This document shows positions 1 through 11,601 of a DNA stretch of 64,000 nucleotides, one piece after another (position 1 is the stretch's first letter; every line of letters starts with the position of its first letter). The stretch spans positions 1,054,001 through 1,118,000 of the forward strand of contig OX597832.1 of the NCBI GenBank assembly GCA_951406725.2. Reading direction: 5' to 3'. The notes below the pieces were generated by a model. The model saw only the letters and a list, made by a program, of their open reading frames with translations, did no database searches and was not told the origin of the DNA. The stretch is from Octopus vulgaris. Lineage: Eukaryota. The translations under genes were made by a program, and so were the position numbers.

Positions 1-360
1 AATTTTTTCTTTCAAACTGTTTTTTCCAAAATTTTAGTTTCCCCATATAACCCTTTATTTTCTGAGAAAAGGTAACCAAATCTGATTTTCTACCTTGCAA
101 CTTTAAGTTAAGCACATTCACTGTTCTAAAAATATCACTTGATTAACTATATTTTCTTTTTATTCTTAAAATATTCCCTACCTTTACCAACAGATGATGG
201 ATGCCTTAATTTCTGGTGCTCCTCCAACTTAACTTTTTTCATGGAATGATTTGTCATGATGGCATCACATTCCAGACACATAGGTTTTGAGTCTACAGAT
301 ACAAAACCAAACATGATAAAATCTTCTTTGTAGTTCCTCAGTTTTGCCTTTTTAGCAGTT
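1..360 (-). mobile_element. hAT (Buster/Charlie-like) transposase relic, internally deleted
   Basis: My manual minus-strand translation gives a BED finger, AKKAKLRNYKEDFIMFGFVSVDSKPMCLECDAIMTNHSMKKVKLEEHQKLRHPSSVGKGREYFKNKK (360-150). It is followed directly by SDIFRTVNVLNLKLQGRKSDLVTFSQKIKGYMGKLKFWKK, a motif from late in Buster/ZBED5-type transposases. Not in the ORF track. Confidence 0.8.
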
Positions 361-699
361 TGTTCAGATATTACAACTGATCTTAAACAAAATTAAAATA
401 ATAAATACTTTATTTCTATAAATTAAAAGTATTGTTTAGATCACTAAACAATATTGTGTAGTGATCTATTAAAAAATATCAAATTTATTATGAAACTGTT
501 GTGATTGTAAAATTTAAATTATGTAATTCTTAATTGTTGTAATACATTATTGATTATATATTATACATTATTGATTCTTATGGAATAATTATTGAATTTT
601 ATTTTCTTATTATTATTATTCTGTCTTCATATAAATTATTATTAACTAACAGTGTTTTTATTATCGAACAATATTGTGTAGATCTGAAATGGCTTCAAT

Positions 700-3600
700 T
701 TTTTATGGTTACAAATTCTCTGGGGAATTTTTCTGATACACACTTGTTTGATTTTGAAGTACATTGACTTGTAGATGTGAAGATTACATTTACCAAAGAT
801 TTCACTGATATCTCAAGCTTTCTCAGAAAATGTGAAGTTATAAAATGTTGAAGATGAGCATGAAGTTGCTTGGAAATTTAAAAATGAAAAATTCTTGTTT
901 TTTGATTAACTATATACTTCATGATCTTGAGATATACAATTACGTGTATATTAACCCATGACTTCTAAATCAAACAAGTGTGTGTCAGAGAAATGAAAGT
1001 CACACATGAGTATATAGTAAATTGGAAAACAAAAATTTTTCCTTAAAAAATTTTCAAGCAACTTCATGCTCATTTTCAACAACTTCAGGTTTTGTGAGGA
1101 AACTTCAAGGTTCAGTGAAATGTTTGGTATATCGTTCAGAGATATCAGTAATTTATTTTAACCAATTACTTGTGCATCCGATATATGTTTATGAGGAAAA
1201 TGAAATGTCACAAATGAGTAAATAGTAATTGCAAAATCAAGAATTTTCTTTTCAAATTTTCCACAGAATTTCATGCTGATTTGCAACTTCGTTTTCTTAG
1301 AAATTTTGAGATTTCATTGAAATGTGTGGTAAATATAATTTTCTCATCTAGAACTGAATTTATATTAATGCATGACTTCTAAATTAAACAAGTGTGAAAT
1401 GAAAGTCACAAATGAGTATATAGTAAATCGGATAATAAGAATTTTTCATTTCAAAATCTCCAATTTATGCTGGTTTTCAAGATTTTGCAACATCATGTTT
1501 TCTGAGAAGACTTGAGATTTCAGTGAAATGTTTGGTAAAAACATTCTTCACCTCTAACAGTTATAGTATATTATCCCTTTACTTCTGAACCAAATAAATG
1601 TTTTGTCAAAGAAATAGAAAGTCCTGAATGAGTAGAAAGTATACAGGCAAAGAATAATGTTTCAACTTGATGCTTATTTGCAATATTTTGTGACTTCACG
1701 TTTTCTGACATCTGTCAGTTGAACGAGTGATTGTGAGAAAAATTAAGTCACAAATGAGTAAGTAGTAAATGCGAAAAGAAGAATTTTTCATTCCAAAATT
1801 TCCAAACAACCTTATGATGATTTGCAATAGTTTTCTGAGGAAACTTCAGTGTTCAGTGAAATGTTTGGTAAATATATTATTCAGAGCTATCAGTTAATGT
1901 ATTTTAATCAATTACTTCTCACTCCGAGATATGTTTATGAGGAAAATGAAATGTCATGAATGAATAAATAGTAAATGCCTAAACAACTATTTTCATTTTA
2001 AAATTTCCAAACAATTCCATGCTGATTTGCAACATTTTGCAACTGCATGTTTTCTAAGAAAGTTTGCGATTTCAGTGAAATGTTTGGTAGATATAATCTT
2101 CACAACTTCAAGTTAATATATATTAACGCATGACTTCTAAATCAAACAAGTGTGTATCAGAAAAATTAAAGTAACAGATGAGTATATAGTAAATCGGAAA
2201 AAAGAATTTTTGGTTTCAAAATTTCCAATTTCTTACTGGTTTTTATCATTTTGCAACTTCATGTTTTCTGAGAAAGCTTGAGGTGTCAGTAAAATGTTTG
2301 GTAAAATTATTCTTCACCTCCTACAGTTAATGTATATTAACCCATTAATTCTGAATCAAACAAATATATGTCAAAGAAATATAAAATTATGTATGAGTAA
2401 AATGTATACGGACAAAGAATAATGTTTGAATTCAAAATTTTCTAACAATATCATGCTGATTTCCAATATTTTGTGACTTCAGGTTTTCTGATACCTGTCA
2501 GTTGGGTACGTGATTGTGTGAAAAATTAAAAGTCACAAATAAATAGTAAATGCAAAAAGAAAAAATTTTCATTTCAAGATTTCCAAACAACTTCATGCAG
2601 ATTTGCGACATTTTGCAACTTCATGTTTTCTGAGGAAAGTTCAGAGTTCAATGAAATGTTAGGTAAATATATTATTCAGACCGTCAGGTAATGTATTTTA
2701 ACCAATTACTTCTCCATCCAACACATATGTATGAGGAAAATGAAATGTCATAAATGAGAAAAGAGTAAATGCGAAAAGAAGAATTTTCATTTCAAAATTT
2801 CAAAATAATTTCATGCTGATCCGCAACATTTTTCTAAGAAAGCCTGAGGTTTCAATGAAGTGTTTGGTAAATATAATCTTCACATCTACAAGTTAATGAC
2901 CTCTAAATCAGACAACTGAGTGTCAGAAAAATGAAAGTCACAAATAAGTATATATTAAATTGGAAGGCAAGGATTTTTCATTTCAAAATTTCCAAACAAT
3001 TTCATGCTGGTTTGCAACATTTTGCAACTTCATATTTTCTGAGAAAGCTTGAGATTTCAGTGAAATGTTTGGTAAAAACACTCTTCACCTCTAATAGTTA
3101 ATGTATATTAATCCATTACTTCTGAATCAAACAAATGTGTGTCAAAGAAATGTAAAGTCATGAATGAGTAAACAGTATATGGGCAGAGAATAATTTTTCA
3201 ATTAAAAATTTTTCAATTTCGTGTTGATTTGCAACATTTTGTGACTTTACATTTTCTGTTAATGTATATTAAACTTTTACTTCAGAATCCGAGAAGTGTG
3301 TATCAAGAAAAACAAAGTGATAAATGTGTAAGTATTAACTGCGGAAACAAGTATTTCTGATTTCAAAATTTTCAAACACTATCTTGCTGGTTTGCAATAC
3401 TTTTCAACTTTGTTTTCTGAGGAAACTTCAGAGTTCTGTGAAATGTTTGGTAAATACAATCTTTACATCTATCAGTTGATGTATATTAAACTTTTTACTT
3501 CTCAATCCGACAAGTGTGTATAAAAAAAAGTGTGTATATGACAAGTGTTTGTCAGAAACATTAAGTCATAAATGTATAAATTGTAAATGCAAAAACAAGA

Positions 3601-4096
3601 ATTTTTAATTTCAAAATTTTCGAATGATTTGATGCTAATTTCAATCATTTTGTGACTTCATGTTTTCTGAGAAAACTTGAGAATTCAGTGAAATGTTTGG
3701 AAAATATAATATCACATCTATCAGTTAATATATATTAAACCTGTACTTTTCAATAGATGTGGAAATAGTAAGTGCAAAAACAAGAAATTTTTATTTCAAA
3801 ACATTCAAATAATTTCATGCTGATTTCCAACATTTTGTGACTTCATTTTTCTGAGAAAGCTAGAGATTTCATTGAAATGTTTGGTAAATACAATCTTCAT
3901 CTCCAACAGTTCATGTATATTAAACCATTACTTCTGAATGAAACAAGTGTGTGTCAAAGAATTATAAAGTCTTGAATGAGTAAACAGTATATGGGAAAAA
4001 AATAATTTTTCGTTTCAAAATCTTCAAAAAGTTTCATACTGATTTCCAACATTTTGTGATTACCTGTTTTCTGAAAAAATCTTGAAGTTTAGTGGT
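700..4096. repeat. AT-rich satellite, ~205-220-bp monomer, ~740-795-bp four-monomer higher-order repeat
   Basis: The anchor GAAATGTTTGGTAAA recurs at ~1117, 1319, 1525, 1858, 2077, 2291, 2653, 2857, 3062, 3440, 3690 and 3874. The variant monomer with ATGAGGAAAATGAAATGTCA recurs at ~1117, 1858 and 2653. The left boundary is approximate. Confidence 0.9.
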
Positions 4097-4170
4097 TGTT
4101 GTGTGGACGCCCCCAGACGATAAGTAGGCTAGTCCAATACGTATAGTGTACGTGATAGCTAGTCGTAGAA
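4097..4170 (+). mobile_element. Left part of a split Mag/Gypsy-type 5' LTR
   Basis: The satellite stops abruptly and TGTTGT starts at 4097. It pairs with an LTR end ATGACA (11726) and a PBS-like TGACGACGAGG (11728-11738). Confidence 0.55.
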
Positions 4171-4182
4171 GCATTGCGCAGA

Positions 4183-5716
4183 TTTTTTTAGTTGAGTTGT
4201 TGATAACGGAGTGTGTTTATCGTGAGAGCGTTAAATATTTGTTGATATTGTAAATTGTTGGTTTTTTTCCCCATTGGTGGAACAATGGAGAAAACGCTGG
4301 CGAGCGGCCACAACTGGAAATGGAATGGAGGAGGAAGCATTGGAAATGATTGAAGTTGGGGTGGAACCAGGAAAGGTGAAGGAATGTGAGAGGTTGCTGG
4401 TGGGAGAGGGAGATATGTAGAAGTTGGCGCCGCCTGCAGAACTGACAAGCAATGTAACAAAGTGAACAGTTGTATTTAACTCGATGAAAGGAGCAGCGAG
4501 AAGGATGGAGATTGCGACAGTGAAAGAGGTTGAGGAGTGTTTGAGAAGCATGAGGGGACTGACGACATTTGTAGCAGGAAGAGAGAGGTACGCCGCCGTT
4601 GAGATACGCTTTGTGACTGAGGAAGATGCAACGGAGGCATTAGGATCGTAGGAGTTGGTGCTTCTGCCTTCGTATTGTGGCAAACGTGCGGCCGGAGTGC
4701 GAGTAGGCAAAGTGCCCCCCAGAACTGAATGAAACATGGCTGTTGACAGCCATAATGTTCAACATGAGGGATGGGGCCAAGATGTTGAGGGCCACAGGGA
4801 CACATGGAATCAGCTGCTGGGGATGCAGGATCGAGCTCACTATCCGGGCAGCAATAGAAGACTTAAATTGGATTGCTGAGGAGATGGTGCTGCCAGACGA
4901 CTTGAGATTGAGGGTGGTGGTGGGGAGCAGGCCGCCGGTATGTTTTGCATGTAGGGAGAGGGGCCACATGAGGGCGGGGTGTCCACATGGAGAGCAGATG
5001 GAAAGGCGTGATAGTGCGGACCGGATGGTGCAGGTGGAGTTGGAGGAAGGAACAGCAGAGGAGAGATTCATGGTGGTGGAGGGAAAGGAAGGTAGAGGTA
5101 GGAGAGTGAGCCCGCCGCCGGGTGGCCAGAAAGAGAGGATGGAAGAGGTGGAAATGAAGGCTGCGACCAGAAGGAGGGAATACAAAAGGGTGGTGGCGAA
5201 GGGGAGTGAGGAGGTGATCGAAAAGGTATTGGAGAGGGAGTTGCAGAGGGAGGAAGCAGTGTTGAAGGCGCCGGTTGTTCCAGTGAAGGAGGGGGTTCAG
5301 GAGTGCAACTGTACGAGGGTGGAGTGGAGATGAAAAAGGAAAAGGTACCAGAAATGGAAGTAGAGAAGAGAGGAGCAAGAAAAGGGAAAAATAAATGGTA
5401 TTTCGTAACATATGCAAAAAACAAAGAGACAGAAAGAAAAATTGTAAAATTTAAGCATGTAATAAGAGTGAGGTTGTCCACGGATATGTATTCCGAAAAT
5501 ATGAAGGCCATTGTGGTCGACAAAGACACATACAAGAGACAGAGAAACATGCGCGGAGATAAGATTGACCCGCCCGGAGTGTTGGTGGAGTTTGACGAGC
5601 TGCCACCCGTAATTGAACCCAGACACTTGGAGCCTTTCATGAGGTATTAAAAAGGAAAAAAAAAAAAACAAGAGTAAGTAAAATTATTTTGTTGAAAGAA
5701 AAAAGAGAACAGAAAA
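4183..5716 (+). mobile_element. ORF1-only non-LTR element copy 1 (Tx1/L1-type gag-like ORF1), frameshifted, 3' tail lost
   Basis: RRM-like segment YAAVEIRF...LLPSYCGKRAAGVRVGKVPP, CCHC knuckle CFACRERGHMRAGC, E/K/R-rich linker, and C-terminal domain KWYFVTYAKNKETERK...EPFMRY ending at stop 5650. Homologous to copies 2-4. Confidence 0.8.
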
Positions 5717-6398
5717 GATCTGGTGTCGAAGAAATTCTTCATGGTAGACACCTGTTGTTGTAGCATTTGGCCTTTTCGTCTCACTGCAGACAAGCCTAAG
5801 CGTTCTTCCATTGTTTTGCACGCCATTGACTCGTCTCCTATAACTACCTTCGGTCAGATTTCTCTGCGCCTCGTTATTAATCTTCGTTGAGATTTTCAAT
5901 GGGTTTTCGTCGTCGCTGACATACTGCATCCTATTCTCGGTGCTGATTTCTTGGATCATTTTAATATATTGGTAGATGTTAGGCGTCGGAGGTTTCTCGA
6001 CAGTACCACGTCGCTCTCCACGCCGACCAGAGGTTCTACCAATGCGGTTCTTAGCCCGACATATGTTGTTGCCACCTCTGGAGACGCCTTTCATTCTCTT
6101 TTGGCTTCATTTACTGAGCTAGTGAACATTACTTTTCAGCTGGCAAAGCCTGCCCACTCGACCCTTCATTTTATTACCACCACTGGGCTGCCTGTTTTTT
6201 CGCGCCCACGGTGCCTTGCGCATGACCGTCTAAAAATGGCTAGGGCCGAGTTTGAGCACATGCTCCAACATGGCCTGATACACCCCTCCACCTGCCCATG
6301 GGCGTCTCCCCTTCACTTGGCGCGAAATTGGGAGTCTGATTTGCGATCGGTAGGAGATTATCGTCGCCACAATGCAGTAACAATACCAGATTGCTACA
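5717..6398 (+). mobile_element. Ty3/Gypsy pol fragment (protease to RT N-terminus, CsRn1-like)
   Basis: FFMVDT...FQWVFVVADILHPILGADFLDHFNILVDVRRRR...PVFSRPRCLAHDRLKMARAEFEHML...PWASPLHL...VGDYRRHNAVTIPDCY. Confidence 0.85.
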
Positions 6399-6695
6399 CC
6401 CCATATGAATTCTTCAGGGTTAGGGTATCTTTTTTTCTTCGCAAATGTAAATAAACCCAATCTGTTTCTTAAACGAGGGACATATTCATACAGCACGGAA
6501 TGTTGTTTACGTCAATGGAGGTCAGCGATTGGTTAAAATTGCCGAAATGCTCGAAATTAAAGTCGAAATATGTTACAACATATAGAATTTTCTCAATAAA
6601 GCCAAGAAAAAATGATGTTTTATAAACACATTCTACCAGTATACGAAGTTTAAAAGTGTTTAGTTAACTAGAAATTGTGTTGAAAACTGCCGTTC

Positions 6696-8714
6696 AAAAG
6701 GAAATGTGGAAGAAAAAACAACGGAGGAAGGATTCACGGTGGTGGAAAGAAAAAGAAAGAGAAGTGGAAGAGTGAGCCCGCCGCCAGGCAACCAGAAAAA
6801 GAAGAAAGAAGAGGTGGAAATGAAAGCTGCGACCAGAAGGAAGTGTAGTATGAATGGTGAAAGGAGTACAACAGAACAAGGAAAGGAATGGAAATGTAAT
6901 TGGGTCTTACCTGGCCGGAGATGAACTCGGATCGCCTTTAGCCAACTCGCTCGCGTCCTGTCTTCTTGGTGTCTTCGTCGTGTCTGCGCAACTGGTCAAT
7001 GCCGCACGTGCGTTCTGTCTGTCACTTCCGCTTCCGCCGGCGCATGCGCCCTGCAAGACCTGCAAGACCCACTTCCGCCCCCCCCCCCATTCCGTCACAC
7101 TCCTTCACCATCACACCACACGCCCCCCTGATCTATAGATCACTGAACCGGCTTCCTCACTCGCTCCCGCACCTAAAACTGGTTTCATAATCAGCTAACC
7201 AGGGAGGAGGGTGCCGCTCCCTCTGTGGTCGCAGTGCGACCCTAGGACTTGTTTCTGGTGTGTTGCTGCCGACCTCGTCATCCTGTCTGTTGTTTTCGTC
7301 TTGCCCACTGTTGCTTGTCCCATCCTCTGGGGCATGGACAATCCTCCGTAAGTCGGATCTCCACTTTATCTGCGCTGAGTTGGTCCGTCTCCTCCATCTC
7401 TAGATATAACGCCAACGCCGGGCCATCCAAATACAACGGCATAAAACTAGCCAGGTCAGCTATACCGTGTAGCTTCGCCACCAACTTTACCCTCTTCAAC
7501 CAAGCGACCACATCGGTGTCGCCGCAAAACGGTGTTATAGGCTCGCGTGAAACCATAGCACTCTGCATAATTTTCTATTTTTATTTTTACGAAACCGAGT
7601 GATTATTTGCCGAAATAGCTTGTAGTATGAATGGTGAAAGGAGTACAACAGAACAAGGAAAGGAATGGAAATGTAATTGGGTCTTACCTGGCCGGAGATG
7701 AACTCGGATCGCCTTTAACCAACTCGCTCGCGTCCTGTCTTCTTGGTCTCTTCGTCGTGTCTGCGCAACTGGTCAATGCCGCACGTGCGTTCTGTCTGTC
7801 ACTTCCGCTTCCGCCGGCGCATGCGCCCTGCAAGACCTGCAAGTCCCACTTCCGCTCCCCCCCACCATTCCGTCACACTCCTTCACCATCACACCACAGG
7901 AAGGAAGATAAAAGGGTGGTGGAGAAAGAAAGAGAAAAAGTAATCATAAAAGTGTTGGAGAAGGAGTTATAGAAGAAGGAAACAGTGTTGAAGACGCCGG
8001 TTATTCCAGCGAAGGAAAAAGATTCAGGAGTGCAACTGTACGAGGGTGAAATGAAGAAATTGTTCTGAGTGGAGATGGAAAAGGAAAAGGTACCAGAAGT
8101 GAAAGTAGAAAAGAGAAGAACAAGAAAAGAAAATAAATGGTATTTCGTAACATATGCAAAAAACAAAGAGACAGAAAGAAAAATTGTAAAATTTAAACTT
8201 ATCATAAGAGTGAGGTTACACACGGTTATATATTCCGAAAATGTGAAGGCCATTGTGGTCGACAAAGACACATACAAGAGACTGAGAAACATGTGCGGAG
8301 ACAAGCTTGACCTGCTCGGAACGTTGGTGGAGTTCGACGAACTGCCACCCTTAGTTGAACTAAGAGACTTGGAGCCTTTCATGAGGTATTAAAAAGGAAA
8401 AAAAGAGTAAGTAAAATTATTTTGTTGAAAGGAAACAAAAAAGGAAAAAGTAAAAATGATTCATGTAAAACAAAGAAGAGACAAAAAGATGATTAAGAAA
8501 AAACAATAGAAAAATAGAACGATTGTAAATAGTGAGTATAAACGTTCAAATGGTACTGCATGGGAGTGGGGCCCATGCAGCCATTTCATTTCTTCATTTT
8601 TATATAATATCTCATTCTCATTCGTTTTATGTTTGATGCCCCCATTGTGGTGTTGTGTCTGTCCTTGTAGTGTCCTCCTCTCTGTTGTGGCCGTAGTGCC
8701 AAATAAAGAAATAA
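6696..8714 (+). mobile_element. ORF1-only element copy 2 (5'-truncated, interrupted by an LTR element at 6844-7898)
   Basis: Collinear with copy 1 (RVSPPPG, EEVEMKAATRR, KWYFVTYAKNKETERK...EPFMRY, stop 8392). Followed by a 3' UTR, a hairpin at 8548-8586 and an AATAAAGAAA tail. Confidence 0.8.
6844..7898 (-). mobile_element. Miniature (TRIM-like) Gypsy LTR retrotransposon with 5-bp TSD GGAAG
   Basis: Direct LTRs at 6844-7120 and 7621-7898 (TG...CA, about 5-6 differences). TSD GGAAG at 6839-6843 and 7899-7903. Minus-strand polypurine tract at 7121-7134. The 500-bp interior has a gag start (ITPFCGDTDVVAWLKRVKLVAKLHGIADLASFMPLYL) and an integrase tail (RERHPPPWLADYE). Confidence 0.92.
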
Positions 8715-10296
8715 GCGTCGCGTAGAGAATTTTTGGTGGTTTGTTGTGTTTTGATTTCGCTCACATGTGAGCTGTTGCTTTGTTTGGTTGAATTGCTGAA
8801 TTGTTGAAATTGTGATTGTTGAATTTGTAATTTTTTGAATTCATTGAAAATTTTGTGACTTCCCCATTTATGCGTGAAGCAGTGAATAACGGAAATATGC
8901 TGGTTCAAACGGGCTGTTATGCGGCAGTGACGGGCAAAAGCCTGACAGCTGAGCTACTGCAGATACGCGAATTAGAAGTGAAGGATATGGACTGTAAGAA
9001 GTTTAATACCTTGTTGGAGAAGGAAGGAGGATGCCTACAGCTGACAACCCCCAAGGAAAGGACAGAGAAGACAGAGAGAAAAATCATTACTTATAGAACA
9101 TTGAATATAGCGACAAGGAAGGTGGAAGTAGCAGGCGTTGAAGAGATAGAGGAATGCTTAAAAGATGTGACAACTTTCTACAACAGAGGAAGAAAATTTG
9201 GCACGGTGGAGGTACGCTTCGTTAATGAAAACGAAGCAAAGAAGTACTCTACCATAGCCTTGAAATCAGCACAGTGGGCACTCTTGCCTACTTATTGTGG
9301 CAGACGCGCAGCCAGTGTGGGGATAGGGAGAGTGCCACCCGAAATTAACAAAGACTGGCTTGTGGCAGCCATCCTCTACAATACAGAGGAGAAAGTAGAG
9401 ATATTGAAAATATCAAAGACAGTGGAGGTCAACTGGTGGGGATATGGCCTAGAGGTGATGGTACTTATCAGCCTGCCTGATCTCCACAAAATGATAGAAG
9501 AGATAGTCCTGCCCGATGAGACCAGACTGAGAGTCATGGTGGAGGGTGACCACCAATATGCTTCCAATGTGGTGCAAGGGGACACATAAAAGCAAAGTGT
9601 CCCCGGAAACATGCACAAGAGGTGGTGGAGAAGGATCGTCAGGAAGAAGTAAAAGTAATAGCAGAGGAGGAAGTAGAGCTCACTGAAGTAGAGATGAGAG
9701 GAAATAGTGAATCTCCACCGAAAAAGAAAAGAAAAACAGAGAAAAAGGAAAAAAAGAAAAATGAAGCAACGGGAGAACAAATACAAGCGCCGGAGCCTTC
9801 AACAAGTAAGGAGGAGGAGGTTTAGAGAAGGCCACGTAAAAGAAAACACGAAAGAATGATGGTGATGTACGAGAAAAGTATAGAAATAGAAAAGCGAATT
9901 GCAAAAACGAAAGGTGTAATAAGAGTGAAACTGGCAGATAAGGAGGCGGATTGAAAGAAGAAGCAGTGTTGTTTGATGACGAAAAAGCAGCTAGAAGGAG
10001 ATATTTGGAAGTAGGATGGATAATGCACCATACGGGTTCAATACAATGAATTACCACCAGTGGTAAATTTTGAAGATCTAATGGGGGGGGGTTCTGATAT
10101 AAAAACGATACAAACTGAATTGTAAAAACAGTAAAATGGAACTTTCTATTTTGGGGGGTAGAAAGCCATTTCATTATCATAATTCTTCACACCTCATAAC
10201 TCATTCGTTAATCGTTATATATACCCATGTTTGTGTTGTCTGTCCATGTAATGTCCTTTCTATAAATAAGGCTTTATGCCTATAATAAAGAAAAAA
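8715..10296 (+). mobile_element. ORF1-only element copy 3 (apparently full length, ~1.58 kb)
   Basis: ORF 8855-9589 (CYAAVTGKSL...RGRKFGTVEVRF...LLPTYCGRRAA). It frameshifts into a CCHC knuckle (CFQCGARGHIKAKC) and then a decayed C-terminal domain (EIEKRIAKTKGVIRVKL...VQYNELPPVV). Hairpin at 10134-10171 and AATAAAGAAAAAA tail. Confidence 0.82.
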
Positions 10297-11601
10297 GCGT
10301 CGCATAGAGAATTTTTGAGTTGTTGATTTAGTCTGGCGATAACGTTGTTGTTGAGAGCGGTGAGTTATTGGACCTTAAATTTTTGAAACTGTTATATTGT
10401 TGGAATTTTGTTAATTATTGTTGAATTTGTTTCTTTCTTCCCCATTTTTGGGTGAAGATATGGAAGCTGGCAGTTACGCTGCGGTGACAGGCAAAAGCCT
10501 GTCAGCCGACATGCAGCAACTGAAAGAAGTGAAGTTAAAAGACAAAAATTTTTTAAAGTTTAATGGACTGTTTGAAAAGGAAGGGGATTTCCTCCGGTTG
10601 GCGTCACCTGTCGAATTTTTGCAAGAAGCCGAGAAGAAAATTATTGTGTATCGCATATTGAACATTGAAACAAAACATGTGGAAGTAACAGAAATTGAAG
10701 CCATAGAGGGGTGTATACGGGAAGTCAAAGAAGTGATCACTTTCTATGCCAGAGGAAAGAAATACGGCACAGTGGAGGTGCGTTTCATGAACGAAGAAGC
10801 AAAAAAGTACTCCACTGTGACTTTGAGAACGGCCAATTTACTGCGGAAAACGAGCCGCAAGAGTGAGGATAGGGAGAGTGCCCCCGGAAATAGACGAGAC
10901 ATGGCTAGTGGCAGCCATCTTCTATAACTGTGAAAATGAAGCAGAAGTAATTAAGGTGGAGAAGTCTAATGAGATAAATTGTTGAGGTTATGGACTAGAA
11001 GTGATAGTCTATATAGCCCTACCAGACTTGCATAAAATAGTAGAGGAGCAGGTGCTCCCCGATGAGACCCAACTGAGAATATGTTATAATGATAGAAGTA
11101 GGGGACACATGCAGGCGAAGTGTCCCCATAAACAGGAGGAATGTTATAATGATAGAAGTAGGGGACACATGCAGGCGAAGTGTCCCCATAAACAGGAGGA
11201 ATTGGAGAAAAACCGGGCAGAGATGGTAACGGCAGTGGTGGAGGAAGAAAAGAAAGTAGAAGAAAGTGGTAAACAAGAAAAGGACAAGTGCAGAGTCACT
11301 GCCAAAAAGCCCGAAAAAAAAAGGCGGCAAAAGCACAAGAGAAAGAGGAAGAGAATGTAATTCGAACCCTGGAACCGGAGCCGACAACAGGTAGGAGTCA
11401 AGAAGAGAGATATGAGAGGTGGAGGAAGAGGATAAGCGAAAAAATAGCGCAAATGAGGCAGTCAAGGCAGCCGAGAGGATAGATTATATTATTCATTTTT
11501 CATATTTGCATACGTCTTTTTATGTACCCCATGTTTTGTGTTGTCTGTCCTTGTGATGTCCCTTCTATTTTGAGGCTTTATTCCTATAATAAAGAGAAAA
11601 G
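10297..11601 (+). mobile_element. ORF1-only element copy 4 (~1.3 kb, C-terminal domain deleted)
   Basis: SYAAVTGKSL...RGKKYGTVEVRF; degenerate knuckle CYNDRSRGHMQAKC duplicated (11081-11200); same 3' tail TGTCTGTCCTTGT...AATAAAG. Confidence 0.8.

Noticed and set aside
6400-6695. Possible distinct element between copies 1 and 2
   Set aside because: It looks like a dispersed repeat fragment, but I could find no ends, TSD or coding motif to classify it.
4183-11601. Host multigene family, or HeT-A-like telomere-maintaining array
   Set aside because: All copies are intronless, frameshifted and end in A-rich retro-tails. They sit in an LTR within satellite, not joined to TTAGGG, so a telomere role is unsupported.
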